A stretch of 64,000 nucleotides of DNA from Lobosporangium transversale (Eukaryota), in the NCBI RefSeq assembly GCF_002105155.1, contig NW_019029009.1:372001-436000 (forward strand), written 5' to 3'. Under the pieces are notes generated by a model. That model worked only from the letters and a program-made list of their open reading frames with translations. It was not told the DNA's origin and ran no database searches. Position 1 is the first letter of the stretch; each line of letters starts with the position of its first letter. Shown here one piece after another: positions 12,388-22,438 of the stretch. A program made the position numbers and the translations under genes.

Positions 12388-12599
12388 ATCGAATAGCAAC
12401 CAAGTGGATGAAATTTTGTCTTTTTTTAAAAAAAAGCATTATACCCGTTCCTTGAGTATTTTTTACAATGGTTCATTCTTTATGAATGGAGCTATCATTA
12501 TCCACTTACCTTTTAGACGAATAAATAGAGCGGTTTAATCCGTCCTCCCTTCTACTGGGGCATTTAGAACTTTATAAAGCTGTGATCATTGTGCGATCT

Positions 12600-13750
12600 T
12601 GTGTGCAAGAAAAGGCAGGATTTTGTGATACTATTATCAAAGAGTTTTGTAAAAACGGATAGAGATGAAGAATCCTGTGGAGAACCCAGTGAGAGTCTGA
12701 TGATGAGACCCAAAACCATATTATTATCAGCAGGACAGCTGGCATAGGAAATTATCCTTTCTCGTATGCTTTGTCATCTGGATGCTTGCCACTTGCGAAA
12801 GACCTCATCCAGGGCGCCAAAACATTTACCGGGAGCTAGGATGACAGCTCCACTCTAAAGACATAAATGTCGTTTTAGCCCCATGGTGCGTGCACGGGAT
12901 GGCAACCTGTGGTCAATGAGATCAATCTCGCCAGAATCATCCCCTCTCACATCAATTCATGCTAGACGGATGAAAGATTAGGAGGAAAAGGTCCTTGATG
13001 TCTGGGATATCCACGCTTGTTTATAATCTCACCAAAAGTTCTGTGTCTTGCGTTCATAGGCGGTTAATCGCAGTTTGGTTTTCGTATACCCCTTGAAGAA
13101 CGTAAGCAAAAATGCCTTTATGTTTTATATTTGATACTCATCAATTTACCCTTTTTACTTGTCCGAAGGTAGAATGACGCCTAGCCAATGGATGCTATAT
13201 GCTTGGTCCTGTGGTCGTCTCCGTCCAATGATCACTATAATAGAGAACGTCATTGGACGTGCCGATGCAGGCCTTTGGAAGCAAGAAATCAAGGGCCTGG
13301 TGTGGTCGCTCACTGATCCAGGATATAAAGAATCTGGTAACCTATGCCATGAGTAATCTAGAATTCTGAAGCGTATTAACAAAGGGGATGCAGGAATTAA
13401 AATCAGTGTCGACATCAGGGAAACCTTCGGTCGAGCCGTAAAGAATGAATAGATTACTATATAGTAAAGACTTGATATTGGAGTACAATGAGCCTGTTCC
13501 GGTCGAGGTTTCGTTTGCTTGAATTGTCGTTAATCAAAGGAAGAAGGAGTTTACAATTATCGTTGAGCCAATATCATTTATAGCAGCAATTAACTTGTTT
13601 GAAGTGGATGACTCTTGATTGGCTAAATTGGTTAATAGTGTTGCTAGACGCCCCTACGTCTGGCACAAAGGGCACACATTTTGAGTATTTCAGTCCCGCT
13701 TTGTTTAATTTCAATCTTCCAGAATTATAACAATGAGCGAATTCTTAGAT
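12600..13750 (+). pseudogene. Degenerate CRN-like C-terminal domain relic
   Basis: Stop-riddled fragments CGRLRPMITIIENVI..., VEVSFA*...IVEPISFIAAINLFE and KGTHFEY resemble, from memory, motifs of Mucoromycota CRN-associated nuclease proteins. Boundaries are approximate. Confidence 0.45.
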
Positions 13751-13914
13751 ACTCACTGTAACAAAGACTCCATACATGAATCCAAGTTAATCTCGCTTTT
13801 TTTTTGTTTTGTTTCCAAAAGAGAACCCATCTGGACCAGATATCGTTTTTGTATTAGAATCGGAGGGTAAATATTATCCTGCTTGTGTTTTAGCAAAATG
13901 TGCTTGTGCATGTA

Positions 13915-15249
13915 CAGTCACCTGAAACAAAGATTGGACAAAAAAATAAAATATTGAAATAGTTACGTAGGGAAGCGTTTCCTTCAATCTCTTTCCTTCC
14001 TGTTTTTCACATACAAACAGCTTGAGTAAACCACCATGGCGAGACACTTAGACATTGAGAATAAAGATATCATCGTTGGAATGCACCTCGCGGGCATGAA
14101 GGCTGCGGAAATCGCATTGCAACGCGGTGTACCCCGAACCTCTGTTATTAATATTATCAGGGTGTACCAAGAAAGAGGCACCACTGCTTGCACTCCGATC
14201 CCAGGACGGCCCAAAGTACTAAGTGAACGGGACCTCAGGAGCATCGTTCGCCATACTAAGCAGAATAGAAGGTGTACTCTTAATGATATCACTAACCAAT
14301 TGCCGAACAAAGTTTGCGAGAGGACAGTTGCGAAGGCATTGCATTCACTGGGTATTTTCAGCCGGATTGCAGTAAAAAAACCATTCTTAAAAGAAGGACA
14401 TATAAAAAGGAGGCTGCAGTTTGTCAAAAAATATATGAGTTGGTCCATGGAAGACTGGAATCGGGTAGTTTGGACTGACGAATCATCATTTGAAGTTGGT
14501 GAGCATTTTCGTCAAATAAGAGTTTGGCGTAAAGTAGAGGAAAAGTACGATCATGATTGCCTCGCACCCACTTTCAAAAGTGGTAGAACAACTCTGATGG
14601 TCTGGGGGGCGTTCACAGCAACCAGAAAGTCTCGGTTGGTTGTATTTGAAAGAGGTCGTAAAGATGGACGGTGTTTCGTGGAAGATGTATATCAAGGCGA
14701 GCTAGCCAGATTTATGGCTGAGGTAGAGGATGGCATACTTATGGAGGATAATGCTCCAGTTCATACTTGTAAGATTGCAAAAGAATGGCGCGAAAAAAAC
14801 AGCATCCCCAGGATTCCAGACTGGCCTTCATGCTCCCCAGATTTGAACCCTATTGAACATGTATGGTCACTTCTTGCGGATGCACTCGATAGGCGCGCTA
14901 AAGGGCCAAGAGATCTTCCCACTCTCACACGGGCTCTTACCGAAGAGTGGAATAATTTACCGCAAGAGAGGCTGGCCAGCCTTGTCGCTACCATGCCCGA
15001 AAGGCTGGAAGAAGTGAATGGGGTCGATGGTAGGAACACTCACTATTGAGCCTACATGGCGCTTTTGCTGCTCTAACAATGCCGTCTTCAAAACCCCAAT
15101 AAATAACAGTATTGACCTCTTTAGTGAGCATGTAAAATTTCATGTGTATTGATGAAGTCTTTATGTATGTTGCATATGAGCTGTTTGTCCAGGTTGTTCA
15201 AAAAAAATCAAGAAAATCCATTTTGTCCAAACTTTATTTCAGGTGACTG
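13915..15249 (+). mobile_element. Complete Tc1/mariner-superfamily DNA transposon
   Basis: TA duplication at 13913-13914 and 15250-15251. 29-bp TIRs cagtcacctgaaacaaagattggacaaaa / ttttgtccaaactttatttcaggtgactg differ at 2 positions and enclose a single transposase ORF. Confidence 0.95.
14036..15049 (+). CDS. Tc1-like DDE transposase (DD35E), 337 aa, intact
   Basis: N-terminal HTH region with GRPK linker; catalytic motifs VWTDES, MEDNAPVH and SPDLNPIEHVW, with 35 residues between the second D and the E. Confidence 0.95.
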   Translation: MARHLDIENKDIIVGMHLAGMKAAEIALQRGVPRTSVINIIRVYQERGTTACTPIPGRPKVLSERDLRSIVRHTKQNRRCTLNDITNQLPNKVCERTVAKALHSLGIFSRIAVKKPFLKEGHIKRRLQFVKKYMSWSMEDWNRVVWTDESSFEVGEHFRQIRVWRKVEEKYDHDCLAPTFKSGRTTLMVWGAFTATRKSRLVVFERGRKDGRCFVEDVYQGELARFMAEVEDGILMEDNAPVHTCKIAKEWREKNSIPRIPDWPSCSPDLNPIEHVWSLLADALDRRAKGPRDLPTLTRALTEEWNNLPQERLASLVATMPERLEEVNGVDGRNTHY

Positions 15250-15749
15250 TACAGAAACAAAAGAGATGCTTCAGCTGCTTATTCGTGCACACAGTGATTG
15301 ACGAACAAAAAAGGAAAAAGCCCGCGATAAAAGAAGGCATATGCAGACAACAAATAAACAAACTGTTTGCTCACATACATTTTTTTCACCGTTGTGTCTG
15401 TAACTCTTCTAAGCTTTCTGTCTGGCCGTTTAACACAGGGAACCCTCAGAAAAAGAAATACCTCGCATGATTGGTGCCAGGTCTGAAAACAACAATAATG
15501 CAATGCTGTACGTGGAAGATAGGGTCTAGAAACTATACCATTGATCACAACTGCTACTCATGCTCTCTTGCCAAGGACTTGAACAGGCATACCAACCCCT
15601 TCTTCCTTGCTCTCATAACCGCTCATATCCTTTCGATGCATTCTTTCGCCGTTTATGTCCACTACATCTGAACCACACACAGTTCACCACTCACTCCAAC
15701 AGAGATATTTGTATCACCTTGGGTATGATATGTTGCTGTGGTTCCCTCT

Positions 15750-17432
15750 GGTTTCAACAGGCCCAACAAACTCTATTAGCAGTGTTTATCAACCCAAATA
15801 CATCAAGGGAACGCAAGGAGACGAGTAAGCAAATGATGCGACAAATCAAGTCTCGTCGAGCTGTACAGAAAAAGATCAAGTTAGTCAGGCTGTAGAACGA
15901 ATCAACTCAGATTGCCTCAATCATACGACGAATATTATCATCACTATATCACATCAATCAATCAATAAACGATACAATGAGGCCCCCCAAGCGGACAATG
16001 GAGTCATGCGAAAGTCTTCGTGAGTATTATGGTCTAACCCAACAGTTCGAGAGGAAATAGTCCAATTGTTGGAACTAAACATGAGTACCAAGGGGGCTGC
16101 AGAGGACAAGATCCTTAACCACAAGGGGATATTGTTGCAGGAGCTGTTTTCCTTGAAAGGATACAAGGACGTTGGACTGCAATCTGATGATGGCCCTAGA
16201 AGGAAACTACGGACATCGTTCTTTACAAACGGCCTTACCCTAACACTTCTTGCCTATGACACATCGAAGCAAAAAAGAGGTAGAGGTTCGCAAGCTGCCC
16301 AACCTTCGGATACTCAAAGATCTCAAGCAGTCCAGGCTTCTTCAAGTGCTCAGCAGGGATCCTCGTCTTCAGGCCATGGTGCAGGCGATGGTGGTGATGA
16401 TGGAGACGACGACGGAAATGAAGATGACGATATCTTGCTGGGTATCAGCGATATTGACTTGCTGGAAGTTGATGAACCATTCTTAGATGGCGGCGAGGGA
16501 GAAGAAGCAGCTGAAGAAGGTACATCGAGCACAAATCCACTGTCCCCGGTGAGTCCCAGTCCCCGGCGTGAGATCAACTGGAAGCAGAGATCCCGTCTCC
16601 TCGAGAATGTAGAAGTTAAATATGACACCCAGGCAGCATGGGACCAGTGACGACAATAGGGAGACTATATATAGGGCGCTTGTCGATTTCTATAATGACG
16701 GGTGGTTTGTTCGGAATAGCTGGGATAATAGAAAAGCACAGAACGGATGGGTTGATTATGTGATCAAGGCAATTCTGAAGCTTGCGGGCGGAAGCAATGG
16801 AAGAAGAAGAGATGCCAATACGAATGCGGTGATCTGTATTGGACTAGGATCATTCAAGACAAACCGAGGACAAGTATCGAAGCATGGGATATTGATGAAG
16901 AAGCTTGTTGAAAAGGTAAAAAAAAAATCCCTTGATCAATGACATTTAATTTTTGAGTCTTTTTTTTAACGAGTATTAAATCTGGCTCGAACAGGCAAAA
17001 TCTCTAGACTACCCCATTGCAGGTTGTCATGAATACTACACATCTGCCAAGTGTCCACGGCCTCACTGCGACAGTATATTGGAGAATGTTCCTTTTCGAT
17101 CCAAGTACTGTCGAAATTGTAAAGCATACTTTGATCGAGATGCTGTTGGTGCTGAGAACATCGCAAGGGTCTGTGAGTCGCAGACAAGAGAGCAAAAACG
17201 ACCTGCAAAATATATGCCGCCGGACGGAGGAACTCAAGGCCAAGCTTCTAGCGGTAGTGGCGATGGTGGAGGTAGTGGTGGCAGTGGTGGCAGTGGTGGT
17301 AGTAGTAGCAGACCCACAAAAAGGAAATTTTCAGATGAAGGAGGAGGAGGAGGAGTAGAGGGATCAAGACCACCGAAAGGACCTTTGCTGGGTCCAGGAG
17401 GAGGGGGAGAGACAAGCCGGCAACAACAGTAG
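15750..17432 (+). pseudogene. Fanzor (eukaryotic TnpB-like RuvC nuclease), decayed and spliced
   Basis: Removing intron 16916-16994 (GT..AG) joins ...AVICIGLGSFKTNRGQVSKHGILMKKLVEK to AKSLDYPIAGCHEYYTSAKCPRPHC-X13-CRNCKAYFDRDAVGAENIARV...RPAKY. This gives RuvC-II E (17031), a Cys4 zinc finger and RuvC-III D (17139). Upstream SFFTNGLTLTLLAYD resembles the Fanzor F-x-T-D-G strand. There is a frame break at ~16639 where RuvC-I is expected, and stops further 5'. The 5' limit is uncertain. Confidence 0.85.
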
Positions 17433-17620
17433 GACACAATCTACTACAAACATGACTAGGTCCAGAAAGGCCTTCGTCTTAAAAAAATTGTAAGTATTGG
17501 CTCGATAATACTTTTTTTTTTTTTTTTTTTTTATTTCTTTGTTCTAATACACTTCTTTTAACACCAGATGCAATGTCTCGTTTTTTAATGGGACGGACTA
17601 TCTAAATGATTATTGAAAAG
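17433..17620 (+). ncRNA. Candidate Fanzor omegaRNA / element right-end region, containing a putative spliceosomal intron (17490-17567)
   Basis: Lies immediately 3' of the Fanzor stop. Shows a GTAAGT donor, a U-rich tract, a TTCTAAT branch-like site and a CAG acceptor, plus hairpin gtctcgtt-tttt-aatgggac at 17575-17594. The RNA identity is inferred from position only. Confidence 0.35.
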
Positions 17621-18064
17621 CCATGACCGAAACATCCGATCTGGATCTATTGTATCTCAACATATAATAATCATTTTTACTTACAGAGTCACCAAATATG
17701 GCACAAAGTGTGAATTGTAGACCACAACTCTGAGAATGACATGTTAAGGCTATCAGAAACTATTCACCTCTTGTCCTGCGTATCAGTAACCATGCCCAGG
17801 TTTGACTAAAAAGGTTGTAGAGCCTAAACTCTTTTGTGTCTATTGCCTACGCCTCTTTTGCCTTCAATTACCCTTCCCGTTCCAAAGCCAGTGTTGATCC
17901 TTAAAAAAATATCTTCGATCAACGTCAGTGCGCGCTAAAATAAAGGTGCTCATCTTTGAGCTTGATCCTCACTCATTTACCATTTTCTGTTCTTGTTCCT
18001 GCCCTCCTTTTTTCTCCCTCTTCTCTCTTCCTATTCTCATTATCTTCGTCAAGTATAGAAAAAG

Positions 18065-18095
<31 letters not shown>

Positions 18096-18103
18096 CATTT
18101 CCG

Positions 18104-19289
18104 ATGCTCGATTTCATTTACAATGTCGATTATTGGAAGACATTTGTCCAACCCAGCAACTTCTCATTGGAAAATATTCCAGATCTCACTTCGAAAGTAG
18201 CAATTGTCACAGGAGCGAATGCAGGACTCGGTTATGAGACAGCATTGGAGCTGGCAAGGCATGGTGCTCATGTCTTTCTAGCTTGTCGCAACCAAACCAA
18301 AGCCTTGGAAGCAATTGAAAAGATGGAAAAGGAACTGGCAGAGACAGCACCTCAACTCTATCCTAAAGTAGATTTTTTATTCCTGGATTTATCAAATCTT
18401 CGTATTGTCGCTCAGTCTGCGAAAGAGTTTCTGTCCAAAGGATTACCGCTCCATATCTTGATTAATAATGCGGGTCTAGGACTCATACCATCAAAGCTAA
18501 GCAAGGATGGAATCGAGAATGTGTTTGCAGTCAACCATATGGGGTAAAAAAAATTCAAGAACTATGATTTATGATTACAAGTGATCCAAATGATCATAAT
18601 CACACAGCACATGATCATGTCACGCAGAGATACCCCAACCTTTTTAAAAAAGTATCTGTCTAAACTGTTTATATTTGTTTGAATTCGAATGAATTTAAAT
18701 GACCGGTAGACACTTTTTATTCACACAATTACTGTTACCAAAAATCATCGAGTCACAGCCATCAAGGGTCGTAATCTTAAGGTGCGTTGAGTTTAAATAA
18801 TATGGACAAGATCTATTGGGAAAAGAGGAAGGAAGTGAATGCCTGACATGATAAAGATTAACAACCTCTTCTCTTACCTTAGCTCGTTAAGCCATGCCTT
18901 GAATTTGCCCGAAGGAGGAATTCAATTCGGAACTTTGAGTCAAGTAGATGCAGAATCAGCAGCTGTGAACTATAATCGATCTAAACTTGCCAACATTTTG
19001 TATACTAAGGCATTAGCGCGACGATTAACAGATGCAGGACACGATAAAGTTTTTGTCAATTCATTACACCCAGGATATTGTTATACAGGGATCGACAATG
19101 AAACGCAGGCTTTGTTTGGTCATGCTGCATCTAAAGCGATAATAAAGACGAGGGAGTTGGTTGGAAGACCTGCTGTAGATGGGACCATTACCTCGCTATA
19201 CTGTGCCACGAGCCCAGAGATCGAGGAGAAGAGTTTGACAGGACGCTTTTTCGTCCCAGATGCACATGAGCTCCGTCCAAGTAAAGAAG

Positions 19290-19322
<33 letters not shown>

Positions 19323-19492
19323 ACCATGGTGCTGCAACTTCAGCTAGCAATGACTCGACACCTGAAAATACTTCCTTTTTCTTCTTTCCTTTTTCTTTAG
19401 GCTCATATGCAATGGATGAAGAGCTGCAGGAGAGGTTATACAAATATTCAGAAGACTTCATGGTCAAACGGGGTCTGCTATTGCCTTCATAG
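18104..19492 (+). CDS. Short-chain dehydrogenase/reductase (retinol dehydrogenase-like), 4 exons
   Basis: TGANAGLG cofactor motif, LINNAG, NHMGHFL, catalytic YNRSK and SLHPG. Exons ~18104-18543, 18710-18781, 18883-19280 and 19401-19492. Confidence 0.93.
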
Positions 19493-19698
19493 AATGAGGA
19501 TCAAGCCTTTTTGTAATAAAATTCCAGATAACAATGAAAAGCCTTGGTTTGTTTGCAATCATTACGCGTAGCGATTTAGCCCAATATGGGAATTAATGAA
19601 ATAAAAAAAAGCGCAGGTGGTTTGTCTCTACCTCTTCTCATTATTTGCATCAAGCTGTTAATCATTCACTCCGAGTTAGATCAGTACACACAATCAGC

Positions 19699-21238
19699 AT
19701 GAGCCAAAGCACCATTGCATTGACATTGCTAACAAAGAGATCGTCTCAATGTCCTCAAGCATTCTTTTTAACGACCGGTCTCAAAAGAATTAATGGTGAA
19801 TTTAAAGCTCACAAGACATTTACCACTGCTTCGGTTGCTTCGATTCCAGGGCATAGCAGGATAATGAGTCTTGAAACAAACAAGTCGCTACCTTGGCTCA
19901 AGTCTTCAACGCTCAGATATTACTCGAACCAACGTTTGGGACCACACTCTGTGATAGAGCATACGACAGCCACATCCATACCTATTCCACCTCTCCCTCA
20001 CTATGTCTTGAGACGCGCCCCAACACCATTTCAAGCGATTGTAAAACCTGTCCTCTTCACAGTGATTGTATCATTAGGAGCATTTACATCAGCGGCCTAC
20101 CTCTGGGAACGAAACCAGGTAACTTTGTTGAAAAAAATCCAAGCATGGCGATCTCAAGCCAAGAATGATCGGCCCACAGCAGGAGAGTTTGCTCGGGCTC
20201 AAGCAAAGATTCTAAAAGAGAAGTGGGTCGTGGTCCTGGAGCGATTTCGCTGGATCCAAGAGATTGGAATCCCTTTAGAGGTCCAAAAAGCACTCTTCAT
20301 GATGCGAGCAAAATGGATGGAACTCACACCTGCAGAACGGACTATCTGGGCTATCATTGGATTGAACTCGATTGTGTTTGGGGCATGGAAGGTTCCTCGC
20401 TTGACGCCCTTCATGGAACGATGGTTTATGCATCATCCAGCTCATGGAAAATCTATCACCTTGTTGACATCGATATTCAGTCATCAACACTTTTGGCACT
20501 TTGGATTAAACATGTTTGCACTCCATTCGTTTGCTATGCCGTTACATGAACACATGGGACGTGAGCAGTTTTTGGCGTTCTATCTCACCACAGGTCTCAC
20601 TGCTTCACTGGCATCACATTTATTTACAGTCGCACGTGTATCCTGGGCAAAAATGATCCCATCATTGGGTGCGAGCGGCGCACTGTTTGGATGTCTTAGT
20701 TCGATTGCCTATCTGTATCCTAATGCGAGTGCGTACATAATTTTCTTGCCGTTTCTTTCATTCAAAATGCCCGTGGCTGTCGGTGCTATGATGGCATTGG
20801 ATCTTGCAGGTGTCATCAGAAACTGGAGAATATTTGACCATTATGTATGTACCCTTTTCCTCTATTTTTCTTATTTTTTTTTACTTATTTAACTTAATTG
20901 ATATATCCTCTGTCATTTATATTAATGAGCTGATTTCACCTTGTAAAATTAATTTTAAGGCCCATCTTGCTGGATCAACATTTGGATTGGCCTATATATA
21001 TGCTGGAAAGGATTGTATGTGGTCTCCATTGCAACAAAAGGCTATTGAGCTAAATAAGGATACGTATTTATTTGGCAAGCTAAACTCCAAATCTCCAGCT
21101 CAGACTGATGTAACTGGATCATTAGGCAATGGCAATGCTGATATGGAAGGACGTAGTGCCAAGGAGATTGCAGTAGCAAGATATAACAAGATAAAGGCAT
21201 GGTGGGATATAAAGCGAAGTGGTGGCGATAGAGAATAA
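19699..21238 (+). CDS. PCP1: Mitochondrial rhomboid protease (PARL/Pcp1 family), 2 exons
   Basis: SIFSHQHFWHFGLNM, catalytic SLGASGA, and DHY|AHLAG spanning intron 20845-20959; basic N-terminal presequence. Confidence 0.9.
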
Positions 21239-22438
21239 AGAACTCCATCGAGTCTTTCTAGACAAAGGCTTTGACTCTTTTGACCATTAATCACGTATCT
21301 ATATATTTCTGCGCCGGCGTTCCTCCAGTTTCATTAATGTTGCAAGACATTATAGGCTTTAATATATATATAATCTAATTTTATGTGGTTAAGAGGAAAG
21401 AGCCAGGGATGGAGCATGAGTTACATGTGCTTGATCCATAAGATACATGTGTTTGCTCCATAAGATATGATTCATTATTAAAAAAAAAAAAAAATAAATA
21501 CACAGGACCTGCAGAACTGAGAAAAGGAAGGTGTGTATTGTTGAATCGACACATCTCTTATTTTTTTCTATGTGAAAAGATAACCATGCGAGATGACTTC
21601 AATCATGTATGTTATTTGACTCTCCAAACCCTCTTTCCTTATCGTCGAAAAAAAGCAGGTAAAATGTTGCATTCATGATCATGATAGGTATCTGTAAGTC
21701 AGCACAACTGCAGCTGTGATGCAACGACTTTGCATTTCCTGATCAACAATACAGGGAGAATATGCGATATTGCCAACAAGAAGTAAGTCTTTTTTTTTTT
21801 TTATTCCATATATCCCCAAGAACGTTTGAAATGGCACTGAACAAACGTCCCACTTTTCCTTTTTGTAAGAAGCGGATAATGAATCTGCAAGTAGTCCAAA
21901 AGTCCCTCCATTCTATTCCTTCTGTTCTCCGTTCACATTCCTGAGGCAATTGGGCGTTCAAATGAAAATCTCAATCTCAACCCCCTTTTTTTTAAGTCGA
22001 TCCCATTCCATTAAGGGCGTGCATGCAAACAAAACGCTTTGATTAAAATGAAAAGGGGAACGAGTCTAAAAAGAAAGGAGGTTCGACATCATCCATCCGG
22101 TTCTCTTGTGGATTTACTTTATAGTATCCGGTCCCCATTAGAATGATATGCAGCCTTCTTGGTTTCACCGACAAAAGAAAAATTAAGAAAAAGAAAAAAA
22201 AAAAAGAAGGTTCCTAAAGGCGCGGCCATTAGTATATGAAGCAAGAATTCAACCACCTTTGTCTCTCCTTTTTCTTATTTGTAATTTTCTTTTTTTGTTC
22301 TCATCTCACCAGTGAAAACATTTAAACCCCACCCATATACCTATCTTCCTGAACCCACACAATACCCTAACACCAAACGAATAAAAACTGATATTACCCA
22401 ACGCGTGCGCTACGTGATATAATAGCGTTTCCTTTATC

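Larger units (their letters stand above)
5343..12547. repeat. Large inverted duplication (near-palindrome) with ~3.1 kb arms
   Basis: 5343-8462 is the reverse complement of 8612-8790 plus 9545-12547. Identity covers promoter, introns, CDS and 3' UTR, e.g. 8260-8327 vs 9542-9610 and 5380-5500 vs 12388-12515. Confidence 0.92.

Noticed and set aside
12500..12570. Helitron-type 3' end at the outer edge of the CRN duplication
   Set aside because: No convincing hairpin plus CTRR shared by both arms; homology simply fades out.
13915..17700. Tc1 transposase and Fanzor as a single composite element
   Set aside because: The Tc1 TIRs and TA duplication close at 15249-15251, before the Fanzor, and I found no further matching TIR downstream (cagagtcacc at ~17684 is too weak). 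Adjacency is more simply explained by independent insertion.
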